This document shows positions 11,726 to 24,750 of a DNA stretch of 40,283 bases, piece by piece. Below the pieces are notes generated by a model, which was not told where the DNA came from, made no database searches, and saw only the letters and a program-made list of their open reading frames with translations. The DNA comes from Octopus bimaculoides (Eukaryota). The translations under genes and the position numbers were made by a program. The first letter of the stretch is position 1, and every line of letters starts with the position of its first letter. The stretch spans positions 43,029,649 through 43,069,931 of the forward strand of contig NC_068999.1 of NCBI RefSeq assembly GCF_001194135.2, in the 5' to 3' direction.

Positions 11726-12398
11726 GTAAGGGCAAAAACCATACACTGTTACGGTTATACACTCGACAATGTATATAGAAGCTACTTTACCCACAAAAAT
11801 TCTTGCCAAAACCAACTTGCACAGCGATCTGTGACCATGTTAACTCTGTTCAGTTCTGCTACTTTAATACAGATTAAATAAAGCTTTGCTTTTTTTTTTC
11901 ACTGCTTATCTTCTTGTTATTGTTTCGTTGTCTTTTGTTTGTTTGCTTGTTTCTTCTTGGTGTTGCTATTGAAATGTTAGAAAGAGAGAGAGAGAGGGAG
12001 AAAGCGAGTGAGAGGGATTGAGAAAGAATGCTGTGCAAGAGATAAGGCATCTTTTAAACACAGATCTGACGCTTCAGGCGTTCAAAAATCATCAGCTGCA
12101 ACGCCGCCATCACCAGCAGTATCACCGTATTAATACATCCGTATGAGGTTTTTCTCACACATACACACACACATGTATGTATGTATGTGTGTGTGTATAC
12201 ATTATGTATTTTATGGCAGATCTGTATGTGTGTGAGGGGTTGTTGTATACACATATGTTACATAAAAGACACAGATATATCAATATGTAGATATAGAAAT
12301 ATATAATCTATACGCATGCGCCGACATATATTTGCATACAAGTTTGTGTGAAAGTGTCTGTATAAAAATACATAAGCATATATAATACATGCATGTAT

Positions 12399-12442
<44 letters not shown>

Positions 12443-12567
12443 TGAAACTACACACATATGTTCATGCGTACGTACATGTGTGTGTGTGTATACGTATACA
12501 TATTAATACACACATATACCCACGCATGCATATATATATATATATATATATATACATGCACACATAG

Positions 12568-12804
12568 NNNNNNNNNNNNNNNNNNNNNNNNNNNNNNNNN
12601 NNNNNNNNNNNNNNNNNNNNNNNNNNNNNNNNNNNNNNNNNNNNNNNNNNNNNNNNNNNNNNNNNNNNNNNNNNNNNNNNNNNNNNNNNNNNNNNNNNNN
12701 NNNNNNNNNNNNNNNNNNNNNNNNNNNNNNNNNNNNNNNNNNNNNNNNNNNNNNNNNNNNNNNNNNNNNNNNNNNNNNNNNNNNNNNNNNNNNNNNNNNN
12801 NNNN
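12568..12804. other. assembly gap (N run)
   Basis: Seen directly. Confidence 1.
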
Positions 12805-13056
12805 GATATATATACACACATACTCATTTATCTCTCCCTCCACACATACACACACACTCACACACAAATGTATATGCACGTACACACCGTTACATAATAC
12901 ATGCGTATACACATATACATGCATATATACACACATATACCCATTTATCTCTCTCCACACACGCACACAAACATGTATACGTACATACCGTTACATACAT
13001 ACATACTTACATACATACATCCATACATACATACACACATACATACATACACACCG

Positions 13057-13101
<45 letters not shown>

Positions 13102-13608
13102 TATCCGTGTGCTTATACCGACGAGCACAAGAGATTGCACGCGAACCTCCATAGTTGTTCATCCGCACTTTTGTCGCTTTATTTTTATGCTGGGAACTCT
13201 TCAAGAGAATCTTTTAGCAACGTTTTGTTATAGAATGTGTCTTCGCTAATGTTGTAGCACCACTCAAACATACCCGGGGTATTGTTGAGATAAGCCACAG
13301 CAGCATACATCCAACATGAACCGTAATCTTCAACCCTAAATTCATGGTTTATCACCAACCCATCTGCTCGCCTTTTTATACCTGACTATTATTATTATTA
13401 TTATTATTATTGCTGTTGTTGTGACTGTTGTTAGTGGTGGTGGAATTATTGTTCATGTTGTTGTTGCTGGTGTACAAAGTATCCTTTCTTTTCAAGGCTC
13501 CGATTTTAATCTTAGTTCACTCACTAAAAGATGCCCTTTTTTTTTTATTATTTCTTTTTTTTTTCTTTGCTGTTTTCGTCGTCTTTGTTTCTTTTTTTCC
13601 CCCTTCTT

Positions 13609-13645
<37 letters not shown>

Positions 13646-13970
13646 TTCGGTAGCAAATCAATAACGAACAATGAGGTTGTGACTTTCAGCCATCAAAACG
13701 ACAAACACAGCTAACATCACCACCACCACCACAAACACTATTACTGCTACCACTACTACTACTACTACTACAATTACCATTCCTATGATCACAACGATGA
13801 GAGTAAACAAACAACCACCACCTCCACTGCTACCACTACCACTACTACTGGAACGGTAAAGAGCTCGCTTCAAAGTGAGATGGCGTGAAACAATCTACCT
13901 GTCTGTTGGCATCAATGTATCTACTCTTAAGTAGTATTACTTATGTGTCTCACAGTCCTTCCTTCGCTTA

Positions 13971-14114
<144 letters not shown>

Positions 14115-15334
14115 ATGTATGTATACGTATCTTTTTGTCTGTCATTTCTCAGTTCCTACACGAAAACATCTTGGGCTTCTTTCTACAATGACATTTCAAA
14201 ATACATTGGAAGACCATTTTACAAAGGAAGTATAAGACCATAATCTTGTTTTATGAGCTTTTGGTGTCACCTACGTCGTAAGTCTGTCCCTTTGTCTCTG
14301 TTTGCCTGCCTGCCTGTCTGTCTGTTTGCCTGTCTGTCTGTAAATATGGATGTAAGAGCGCGTGATGTGTGTGTATGTATGTGCGTATCTATGCATATAT
14401 ATATATATACGATAGAGAGAATGAGAGTGTGAGCGTGTGTGTATATGTGTGTTTGTAACCATATATATACGTACGTATCTGAGAACGAATGTGTGTATGT
14501 GTGAGAGATAGAGAAAATGATAGTAAAAGTACGATCAAGGGAATGTTTACATGTACGCAAGTGTGTATGTTTAAGTGTGTATATACGTATGTATCGATGA
14601 GAGAGAGAAATAGTTTGTGTTCACGTGTAGGTATGTATATATGGGAGGAAGAGTAAGAGAGACAGAGGGGAAAGCGAGAGAGAGATAGAGCGCATATGTG
14701 CATGTGATGTACGCGTAGACGCAGTGCCGCCTGCGTGTGTGCACGCGTATGTATGTATGTATGTATATGAGACAATATGTATATATGTACGTATACATTG
14801 TGCGAGAGCGAGAGTGTGCGTGTGTGTGTTTATTTTTGCGTGTGTATTTATATGTGTTGTGTATTGTGTGTATGTGTGTGTGTGTGTGTTTGTGTGTTCC
14901 GTCCGAACAATCGTTTTTGTATGTGATATTTCGTCTCTGCCCAACCAAAGTCGGTGACATAACCGAATAGTTTAGAAATACACCTCGCAACAGAACTACA
15001 GGATTCACTAATTCAATCCCACTGCGCATATACTTGCACAAGGCAGCACACAGAACACGCATATACACATAGATACAATACACAGGAGCAGATAGAGGCA
15101 AAGTGGGGCAAATCAATGTCTAGTAAACTGCGTTCGTTGACAGAGTATTTATTGGCAAACAAATATGATGGACCCATATGCTACCAACAATGTTTAGAAG
15201 AAAAAGTTTACATACACAAGTAATAAATTACTAAGACGGCACAGGAGAATGATCTGTTCGGTTCTGCATATCAGATTCAATTTTTATAATGTCTACACAG
15301 ACGTAATTTTTCATACTAATTACACACCATTAAA

Positions 15335-15502
15335 ACGACGAGCTGGCAAAATCCTTGGCACACCGGACGAAATGTTTAACAGCATTTCGTCCGTTTTTAC
15401 GTTCTAAATTTAAATTTCGCTACGGTTGACTTTACCTTTCACCTTTTCGGGGTCCAAAAAAATACCAGTTGAGCACTGGGGGTCGATGTAATCGATTTAG
15501 CC
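15335..15502 (+). mobile_element. SINE family A, diverged copy
   Basis: Seen: ACGACGAGCTGGCAAAATCC...GGTTGACTTTACCTTTCACCTTTTCGGGGTCC...CCAGTTGAGCACTGGGGGTCGATGTAATCG. Confidence 0.85.
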
Positions 15503-15550
15503 TTGTGCATGGTTTTTCGTAATTAACACGAAGACAAACTACTTAGGTGT

Positions 15551-15953
15551 TCTTTGTTTTAACTTGTTCCCGTCATTAGACTGTGGCCACGCTGGGGCAT
15601 CGTGTTGAAGAATTTTAGTCGTACGAATCGAAGCCAGTACTTTTTCGTTTTATGCCTGGCATTTATTCTATCGGAATCTTTTGCTGAACCGCAAAGTTAC
15701 GGGTACGTAAACACACCAATACCGGTTGTCAAGTGGTGATGGGAGGACTGACACAGACACACACACATAGATATATATACATATATATATATGACGAGCT
15801 TCTTTCAGTTTTCATCTACCAAATCCACTCACAAGGCTTTGGTCGGCTCGAGGCTACAGTAGAAAGTACTTGTCCGAAGTTTCACGCAGTGGGACTGAAC
15901 CCGGCCGGTACTAAATGGTTGGGAATCAAGTCTCCTTACCACACAGCCGCATC
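15551..15953 (-). mobile_element. tRNA-derived SINE, family B (CORE-like), full-length diverged copy
   Basis: Seen: colinear reverse complement of 23098-23507, including head GCGGCTGTGTGGTAAGG, GGGTTCAGTCCCACTGCGTG and tail CCAGCGTGGCCACAGTC. Confidence 0.9.
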
Positions 15954-16034
15954 TGCGACAACGGTGTAGAAATATTCAAAAAACAATCGGATCCGGTGTT
16001 TGAAACCGTAAGGATTACAGGAAAATTTCTTGAA

Positions 16035-16100
16035 TGTTAGAACCACTGTGTCTGAATAAAAGACAGGACGGTCACGCTTGGAACGCTTTTAATTATGGGT
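16035..16100 (-). repeat. dispersed repeat family C fragment
   Basis: Seen: reverse complement ATAATTAAAAGCGTTCCAAGCGTGACCGTCCTGTCTTTT resembles 5334-5360 and 32500-32530. Confidence 0.55.
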
Positions 16101-16279
16101 TTTCTTAATCAGGGTTTACTTGTGAGTCAAAAGCGAAAGAAGAAACGTGCCAACCATTATATGGTTTGTAATAAGACGAAAGTATGGAATAGCAGGAGTG
16201 CTAGAAATGTAGGTGGTACTACTAACTCCGACAAGATAACTACAATCTCGAACGTAACTGGCAGAGGTTATACAACTAC

Positions 16280-16302
16280 CGCAACAACAACAACTACTAC
16301 TA

Positions 16303-16349
<47 letters not shown>

Positions 16350-16400
16350 GCTGCTGCTGCTACTGCTGCTGCTGCTGCCACTGCTGCTGCTGCTGCTGCT
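16280..16400. repeat. (ACT)n grading into (GCT)n trinucleotide repeat
   Basis: Seen directly. Confidence 0.95.
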
Positions 16401-16829
16401 TTAGTTTCAAAATTACAGTTATGCAGTTATAAAATTCTGTAAAGCCTAATTAATCATAATGAATGAAGAAACATTATCAGGAATTTTATCATTAATCCAC
16501 TCAAAGCTGACCAGGAAGAAGTAAAAAACATGAGTCCGACATTTTCAGATAACGGTTTGACATTACAGAGATAAATTGTCCTCTCTCTCTCTCTCACTCC
16601 GTCTATGTCTATCAGTATATCTTTCTGTCTCAACCTCCTTCCATAGATTTGTTAATCCCTTGAACACTGGTAGCGCAAACCAACGGATTTTTCTTTCCTC
16701 TTTTTTTCCTTCCATTTTGTTTTTTTGTGGCATCTTAAATAAAACGATTGCCATCTGTCAGGTGTCAAAATCACATTTTATGTACATAATTTCTTCTTTA
16801 AACCAGTAATATGTTCAAACATACATTTT

Positions 16830-17098
16830 AGATTTCTTCTACTCCGACTTCTCCGTATTTTTCTCCTCCTCCTCCCTTTTCTCCTTTATCACTCCCCTTC
16901 CATTTTCTTCTCTTTTTACTTCTCCCTTTTCTTCTCATTCTCATTATTTTCCTCTTTCTTCACATCCCTTTCTTTCTTCCTCTTCTCTTTCATCTTCCCT
17001 CCTCCTCCTACGACTACTTCTATTCTTTCATCCTCTCCTCAAACTACTACTCTTTCTTCTTCTCTCGCCTTCCTACTTCATCTTCGTCGTCGTCGTCT
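16830..17098. repeat. polypyrimidine (CT-rich) low-complexity tract
   Basis: Seen directly. Confidence 0.9.
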
Positions 17099-17194
17099 TG
17101 AAATTTCTCGTAAACAATGGAGTGTATGCCCTCTATATCGTAGTTTAAGCATGACATGGAAAGTTGTTCAACAGCTACCCTGTGATTTCCATCG

Positions 17195-17325
17195 CAAGGT
17201 CGTTCGACCTTGCACAAATCGTAGTCGAATCTCTCTCAAATCATACTTTAATAACATTATAAAAGTCGGATCGTCGTTTTAAAAAAAGCATCGAGATAGT
17301 CACGGCCAGAACGCTTTGATAATAT
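17195..17325 (-). repeat. dispersed repeat family C copy
   Basis: Seen: CGTTCGACCTTGCACAAATCGTAGTCGAATCTCTCTCAAATCATAC is the reverse complement of the GTGATTTGAGGGAG..TTTGCTGCTATTTCTAGC..TCGAGCG motif at 32941-32986. Confidence 0.6.
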
Positions 17326-17334
17326 TTAGTAATA

Positions 17335-17971
17335 TTTTGGGGAGCCGAGTTTGCCAACATAATTCCAAATAAGATCCAGTGGAGGCTAAGGTCGTCTTAA
17401 ACAGGCGGGTCAGGTATTCCTCGTCGACGCCCGGGTTCGGCCCGAGATCGTCGTCGTACCTTCCCTCCACTAATCCACTATAGAATGCGTTAGTTGTGAT
17501 GCAGTCGCTCAAGGTTGACCCGGGATGTTGAGTCCTCCTTTTAACGGGTGTTGGCAGCAAACGGATCGCCTAACCATCGGAACGCTTCCTTTCCACAAGA
17601 AGCGGAAGAGGATACGCTCCAGCTTGGTGATGGTAGGGTCGGGACAAGGAACGACGGTTAGGCGGTAGTAGATGACGGACGCGATGTACGTGTTCGCCAC
17701 CTCCGCCCGACCTTTTAGGGACAGCTTCCTCTCGGCCCATTGCCGGGCTAGAGTGGCCACCCGTCTCGTTATCTCGTCCCAGTTCTTCTCCGTTTGGAGG
17801 TCCGGACCAAACCAGACCCCGAGCAACTCAACCGGACCGTCAGTCCAACGTCCCTCGACGGAGGCGCTGCTTGACGGCATGGGCTTGCTTCTCCAGGTGC
17901 CGAGCCGCAAGCCCACTGACTTATCCCGGTTGATTTTTGCTCCCGTTACCGTTTCGTAGTCTTTCAGTGTC
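17335..17971 (-). mobile_element. L1/Tx1-like LINE ORF2 fragment (RT C-terminal/thumb region) with internal deletion
   Basis: Translation TLKDYETVTGAKINRDKSVGLRLG...VELLGVWFG...W.ERKLSLKGRAEVANTYIASVIYY...ILFRFLWKG...RRSVCCQHPLKGGLNIP. The GAKIN..KS, LG, LSLKGR and GGL..P motifs are established L1/Tx1 ORF2 features. GC-rich relative to the flanks. Confidence 0.9.
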
Positions 17972-18172
17972 TAGATAGATAGATAGATAAATAGAATAAT
18001 ATCAATTGGCTGAGCGTACAAATCCTCACTAAGTATTTTGTTACAGGGTAGAGATGCTTTGTCTTCACACAAGGCCAAATGCTACGAATATCATAAGCTC
18101 ACAAATCTACTAAAGGATATGTGTGTGCGTGCGAATGTGTGTGTGTGTTTTGCTGAGTGTATATGTATTATT

Positions 18173-18210
18173 TCACTTGTTTCAGTCTGTGGCCATGTTG
18201 GAGCACTACT
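18173..18210 (-). mobile_element. SINE family B, solo 3' tail fragment
   Basis: Seen: ACTTGTTTCAGTC-TGTGGCCATGTTGGAGCAC. Confidence 0.7.
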
Positions 18211-18412
18211 TTCTGGGCCATTTTTATTTTAAATCTCGTCATGGTCTCCTTACGTTTTCGTGCTCGTCTCAAGTCGATCAAATACACACTTTAGTGAGTG
18301 TAATCGACTACACTTTAGAAGGTAGGGTCCAAGCTACCCGTTAATTCACTGTGAGACACCAGCAAAAAACAAAAACAATAAATCAGTTGTGCAATTTGTA
18401 TGTGTATCCGTT

Positions 18413-18636
18413 AAGGCGGACGATCTGGCTGAATCGATAGCGCGCCGGAAGAAATGCTAAGCAGCATTTCGTCCGTCTTTTCGTTCTGAGTGTAAATGCC
18501 ACCGACGTTGGATTTACTTTTCATCCTTTCGGGGGTCAATAAAATAACTACCAGTTGAGCACTGGGATCGATGTAATCGATTTAACCTCCTCTCCAACCC
18601 CCAAATTGTCTGGCTGTGCGTCAAAATTTGAAACCA
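18413..18636 (+). mobile_element. SINE family A copy
   Basis: Seen: AAGGCGGACGATCTGGCTGAATCG...CTTTTCATCCTTTCGGGGGTCAATAAAATAACTACCAGTTGAGCACTGGGATCGATGTAATCG. Confidence 0.85.
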
Positions 18637-19000
18637 ATGTCTGCTCATGCGTGCATGTGTGTCAGTGTGTCTGAGTATACATGCGCGACAATCTATGTAT
18701 GTGTGTCAATGTGTCTGTGTATTTATATATGTATGTATGTATGTGTGTGTGTTACTGTGTCGGTGGGAATGGCAAGATACCCGTGTCGTACATTGACTTC
18801 TTTGTCCTAGATTTCACTCCGATAGAAAAAAAAAATTTTAAAAAAAGAAAAAAGTAATTTCGTTAAGACAATTATAGAAGTATAAGAAAGTAGCGATCGA
18901 TTTCAATTGATTGAATGTTGTCTATAATTACAACCGATATTTATATATTTTATCTATTTCTTTATTTACTTACTTATTCAGGCATTAACGTATTTGCTTT

Positions 19001-19033
<33 letters not shown>

Positions 19034-19108
19034 AACGTTAATCTATACTTAGATACGCACACACACATATTATATATGTATATATATATATATATATATA
19101 TGTATATA

Positions 19109-19322
19109 NNNNNNNNNNNNNNNNNNNNNNNNNNNNNNNNNNNNNNNNNNNNNNNNNNNNNNNNNNNNNNNNNNNNNNNNNNNNNNNNNNNNNNNNNNNN
19201 NNNNNNNNNNNNNNNNNNNNNNNNNNNNNNNNNNNNNNNNNNNNNNNNNNNNNNNNNNNNNNNNNNNNNNNNNNNNNNNNNNNNNNNNNNNNNNNNNNNN
19301 NNNNNNNNNNNNNNNNNNNNNN
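19109..19322. other. assembly gap (N run)
   Basis: Seen directly. Confidence 1.
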
Positions 19323-19363
<41 letters not shown>

Positions 19364-19520
19364 TAGATATATTCATAAGTATATATACGTATACACACAC
19401 ACAAACACATGTATATATAGTATACATATACTTCAGAATGTAGGCATACATATTAATACATATGCATATATACATACATATATAGAGAATCAAACACACA
19501 CGCGCGCAGACGCGCACACA

Positions 19521-19552
<32 letters not shown>

Positions 19553-19770
19553 GGTATACAGAAATATACATATATATCTCTATATCCACACGTTTCGCTA
19601 TATGTATGCATACACACACACGCACATACATACATGTATATATAGGTATACACATGCACAAATAGATCTCACACACGTTTACCTATATATATATATATAT
19701 ATATATATATACGCTTACACACGCGCGCACACACACATACATATACATATATACATACACGTACACACAG

Positions 19771-19801
<31 letters not shown>

Positions 19802-20935
19802 AAATTCATATATTATCTTTCGTTTGAGTTGTGTTTGTTTGTTTTTCTCTCCTTTCGTTAGTTAACTTTTGAAAACGAATTTCACGCCACGTAACTTTTA
19901 ATGATTGCACTTGGTATACAGTTCGGAATGTTTTGTTTTTTTTTACTTCTTGCAGAGATGAAGGGAGGATGAGGATGGGAGAGGGGGTGGTCTTAGTCAT
20001 TGCTTTATATTTGTTTTTGTATTAATCTATCATTGCAATTTTATTCATTTACTTATTTATATATATATATATTTATTTAGTTTTTTGCAAATTCTTCCTG
20101 ATCAGTTTTCGTAGTTCACTGCATCACTGATTTGCAAAGCTCTTCAAGAAGCCAACTTGCTATAAATATTACTACTACTATTATAGCTACTAAGAAAATT
20201 CACTCAGGTTTCTTCTAAGCAATTTTTTTTAACAACAACCGGCGTCTTTTGATTTCGACCACGTGATTTTGGCCCCGCTTAATAATTAACAAACAGCATT
20301 ACTATATTCTTTGCTTTGCTTTACATCTACGCTTTATATCTCGATTTTTTTTTACCATGTTTATTCTTATTATTATCACTCTTCTTCTTTTTATTATTAT
20401 AAATTATTATTATTATCTATAATATTATTCTTCGCGTTCCTACGTTTCTGACTGTTTCGTCCGTGCGTTACGCATACACCAAGGGAGGTAATAACTTGAA
20501 TTGAATGAGAAGTTGGAGAACGGGTTACAAAGAAAGGGACGAAAAACGTGAGAGAGAGGGAGAGAGAGAGTTCTATATTATTAAAAAGCGTGAGAAAGAG
20601 AATGTCGATATTATTTTGCATTTGTGTATTAAAAAAAAGCAGACACAATGTGATGAAGGTCTATAAATTTATGGTTTAAAAGACACATTGGTGATTGATA
20701 ATTAAGCTAAAATGAAATAATCTCGGTTAAGAAATATCAGTGGACGTTGCACTTTCATCTTTTACGTGTTTCAAACCAAAATTTGTGGCCAAACAGACAG
20801 ACAGGGAGGCAGGCAGGCAGGTAGGTAGATAGGTAGGTGTGTAGTAGGTGAGTCTGGGTGACCCAAGATGTCTAGGGTTCCTTGGTAACTTCTGAGTGAT
20901 CCTACCCCACCCCACGCAAACCAGGACATTTTGTT

Positions 20936-21150
20936 ATTATACTCTTTTACTCTTTTACTTGTTTCAGTCATTTGACTGTGGCCATGCTGGAGCACCGCCT
21001 TTAGTCGAGCAAATCGACCCCAGGACTTATTCTTTGGATGCCTAGTACTTATTCTATCGGTCTTTTTTGCCGAACCGCTAAGTTACGGGGACCTAAACAC
21101 ACCAGCATCGGTTGTCAAGCTATGGTGGGGGGACAAACACAGACACACAA

Positions 21151-21197
<47 letters not shown>

Positions 21198-21289
21198 CGA
21201 CGGACTTCTTTCAGTTTCCGTCTACCAAATCCACTCACAAGGCTTTGGTCGGCCAAAGGCTATAGTCGAAGACACTTGTCCAAAGTGCC
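20936..21289 (-). mobile_element. SINE family B copy, 5' end lost in gap
   Basis: Seen: high-identity reverse complement of 23170-23507, with an (TTTTACTC)n-type tail. Confidence 0.92.
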
Positions 21290-21848
21290 NNNNNNNNNNN
21301 NNNNNNNNNNNNNNNNNNNNNNNNNNNNNNNNNNNNNNNNNNNNNNNNNNNNNNNNNNNNNNNNNNNNNNNNNNNNNNNNNNNNNNNNNNNNNNNNNNNN
21401 NNNNNNNNNNNNNNNNNNNNNNNNNNNNNNNNNNNNNNNNNNNNNNNNNNNNNNNNNNNNNNNNNNNNNNNNNNNNNNNNNNNNNNNNNNNNNNNNNNNN
21501 NNNNNNNNNNNNNNNNNNNNNNNNNNNNNNNNNNNNNNNNNNNNNNNNNNNNNNNNNNNNNNNNNNNNNNNNNNNNNNNNNNNNNNNNNNNNNNNNNNNN
21601 NNNNNNNNNNNNNNNNNNNNNNNNNNNNNNNNNNNNNNNNNNNNNNNNNNNNNNNNNNNNNNNNNNNNNNNNNNNNNNNNNNNNNNNNNNNNNNNNNNNN
21701 NNNNNNNNNNNNNNNNNNNNNNNNNNNNNNNNNNNNNNNNNNNNNNNNNNNNNNNNNNNNNNNNNNNNNNNNNNNNNNNNNNNNNNNNNNNNNNNNNNNN
21801 NNNNNNNNNNNNNNNNNNNNNNNNNNNNNNNNNNNNNNNNNNNNNNNN
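21290..21848. other. assembly gap (N run)
   Basis: Seen directly. Confidence 1.
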
Positions 21849-22166
21849 AGAAAGAAAGAAAGAAAGAAAGAAAAAAATGGGGCAGGTAAGAATGGAGCCA
21901 ATCGGTCGGTCAGAAAGAGCAGAGAAGACAAAACAAAATGCAAATTACGGGTACAGAGCAAAAGAGAAGAAGTCAGGTCAGAGGTCAAAGGAAGCCGAAT
22001 TTAGAAATAAGGAGGGGGGAGGCAGAGAGGGGGAGGGGGAGGAGGGGAGGAGGAAGAGAATGTACGCCGTACGCGCCAGTCATTTGTGTATTAATAGTTC
22101 TCTATACATACATACATACAGTTATATATATACATATATATACACACACACATATATGTATATACA

Positions 22167-22206
<40 letters not shown>

Positions 22207-22834
22207 TATGCGCACATGCACACACATACGTATATATATATGTATATATATATGCAAACACACACACACACATGTACAAATATACATGTGTATGTGTGTG
22301 TGTATGTGGGTGTGCGCGCGCGTTGTTACCTCTGCACCTGTACAGGTGGTTAAGACCGGGAGATGGTAATTAACATGGCTTGTCTTCCATTTTGTTTATT
22401 GTTTGTAATTGTTGCTCAAACTATGTTAATTACAACCTTCGGAAGCAAAAATACAAGAAATAAAAAAAGATAAAGAAAAAGAAAACACGCAAAATTATAC
22501 ACACCTGGACATACACAAGCACACACACACACACACACACATACGCTCGCGCACACATTTCCATGTCTGTCCCCACACATACCACACTTATATATGGGTT
22601 CACTACAAGACATACCTGGTGCATGGAATCTAAATATGTGTGTGTGTGTGTGTATGAGTGAATGTGTGTGTGTGTGTGTGTGTGAGTGTGTGTGCAAACA
22701 TAATGAGTTCCGATATACACAGACCCACACATGCACACACAAACACACACACACACACACGCACACACAGACACACGCACACATAGGCGCACACGCACAC
22801 ATACACACAAGCGTATTTCGCCTCCGTATCAGCT

Positions 22835-22900
22835 AGAGAGAGTTTAGGATGTCACTTAACCGGCTAGAAATAGCAGCCAAATGCCATTTAATTCTCACAG

Positions 22901-22937
<37 letters not shown>

Positions 22938-23075
22938 CACACACACACGCACACCGTCTTAATAAATGGCAACACATTACATCAGATAATGATGTAACCC
23001 TAAATACTAAATAAAAAATGTCGAGATGGACACGGTTGGAATGGAGCTTATTCACATATCTGCTCGGTAAGTGTT
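22835..23075 (-). repeat. dispersed repeat family C copy interrupted by (CA)n
   Basis: Seen: GGCTAGAAATAGCAGCCAAAT (reverse complement ATTTGGCTGCTATTTCTAGCC) and GATGGACACGGTTGGAATG...ATATCTGCTC. Confidence 0.6.
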
Positions 23076-23097
23076 GATCTTGCAAGAAATAACTGTA

Positions 23098-23507
23098 GGT
23101 GTAGGAGTGGCTGCGTGGTAAGTAGCTTGCTTACCAACCACATGGTTCCGGGTTCAGTACCACTGCATGGCACCTTGGGCAAGTGTCTTCAACTATAGCC
23201 TCGGGCCGACCAAAGCTTGTGAGTGGATTTGGTAGACGGAAACTGAAAGAAACCAGTCGTATATATGTATATATATACGTATGTGTGTATATGTTTTTAT
23301 GTCTGTGTTTGTCCCACCAGCATCGTTTGACAACCGATGGTGGTGTGTTTACGTCCCCATAACTTAGCGGTTCGGCAAAAGAGACTAGTAGAATAAATAC
23401 TAGGCCTCCAAAGAATAAGTCCTGGGGTCGATTTGCTCGACTAAAAGGCGGTGCTCCAGCATGGCCGCAGTCAAATGACTGAAACAAGTAAAAGAGTAAG
23501 AGAGTAA
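23098..23507 (+). mobile_element. tRNA-derived SINE, family B (CORE-like), full-length
   Basis: Seen: A-box TGGCTGCGTGG (23108-23118), B-box GGTTCAGTACC (23151-23161), ACCTTGGGCAAGTG (resembles the MIR/CORE motif GACCTTGGGCAAGTC, by recall), internal TA/TG microsatellite, tail CCAGCATGGCCGCAGTCAAATGACTGAAACAAGTAAAAGAG. Confidence 0.93.
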
Positions 23508-23616
23508 TAAACATGAGTATCTATAATGGAATATTTCAGTTTTGTTTGAATTCCTCTCTTGAGAACGTTAAGAAGATTAATAAAAGGAATTTTAGTTGAT
23601 TCTAACAGAACAAGCA

Positions 23617-23795
23617 ACGTGAGGTAAGAAGCTTCCTACCCAACCACACAGTCCGGGTTTCAGTCTCGCAACGTGCCACCTTGGGCAAGAGTCTTCTACT
23701 ATAGACACGGGCCGATCAAAATCTTGTTAGTGGATTTGATAAACGGAAGCAGAAAAAGTCCCGTAGTATGTGTATAAATATGTGTGTGTGTGTGT
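23617..23795 (+). mobile_element. SINE family B, diverged 5' half
   Basis: Seen: GTGAGGTAAGAAGCTT...CACCTTGGGCAAGAGTCTTCTACTATAG...GTGGATTTG. Confidence 0.85.
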
Positions 23796-24591
23796 CCTAA
23801 TCCATCGAGGGTCCATCCGTGAGCCTTCTCTATTATTCAAAATACAGAGTATCAAGGACTAAACTTTTAATTAGCCCTGATTTTTTCCCCCTCATAGATG
23901 CTAACTTCTGATTTGCGAGGGTTTTAGAAAACTATACTTACATGCCCGTTAGTGACCACCTCGTTGATTCGTCAGTGGAACGAAAGGATTTCTTATTGAA
24001 TTGCATATTGTAGCAATAAACTCAGCACAAAGTCACACTGACATGATAGGATCTCGGGGTCACGTCGACATATTTTCAATTACTTATGACCTTATCTACG
24101 TTCTGTATTTACTCAACAATATACATACAAACACACACACACATAGATATATACATATATATATACATATATATATACATATATAGATATATATACATAT
24201 ATATATGTTTATATATACACACACACACTGCAAACAATTGATTCCATATTGGTTACCCTGCATTTCTTATTATAATTTGATATTCATCACACAGTTCTTG
24301 TTTACACGGCGTAAAATTACTAGGAAACAACTGAGTGTTGACAGAAATTTGAGCAACGAAGGGGACGTTGAGAGATTCTATTTGTCATTGAAGCATGACA
24401 GCTGCGCCCTTCAGTATGTATTAACGCTGTATGAGACCCAGATTAGAACACTGGAGCAACAGTGATCTCAAAAAGCAATTCACTTTCTCGCCAAGGAAAA
24501 TGTTACTTAACAACAAAACGAACAATAAGGCAGTTAACTGTGAAGTTTCTGGTTGGGTAGTTGTAATAACAACAACAACAACAACGACCAG

Positions 24592-24750
24592 AAAAGTAAA
24601 TTTTCTACTCTAGGCACAAGGCCCGAAATTTGGGGGGAGGGGGCAAGTCGATTAGATCGAACCAGTACGCAACTGGTACTTAATTTATCGACCCCGAAAG
24701 GATGAAAGGCAAAGTCGACCTCGGTGGAATTTGAACTCATAGCGTAAAGA
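24592..24750 (-). mobile_element. SINE family A, 5'-truncated young copy
   Basis: Seen: CTGGTACTTAATTTATCGACCCCGAAAGGATGAAAGGCAAAGTCGACCTCGG, nearly identical to the consensus of the other copies. Confidence 0.92.

Noticed and set aside
16330-16400. (CAG)n on the minus strand suggesting polyglutamine
   Set aside because: It is interrupted by TAG units and continues into (AGT)n; a non-coding microsatellite.
17194-17213. Hairpin GCAAGGTCG-TT-CGACCTTGC
   Set aside because: It lies at the end of a family C repeat copy and is largely explained by that sequence.
23068-23073. GTAAGT donor-like site
   Set aside because: It sits at the edge of a family C repeat with no upstream exon candidate.
24295-24413. 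119-nt exon-like interval with one open frame (FLFTRRKITRKQLSVDRNLSNEG...)
   Set aside because: Weak acceptor and donor, and no recognisable protein.
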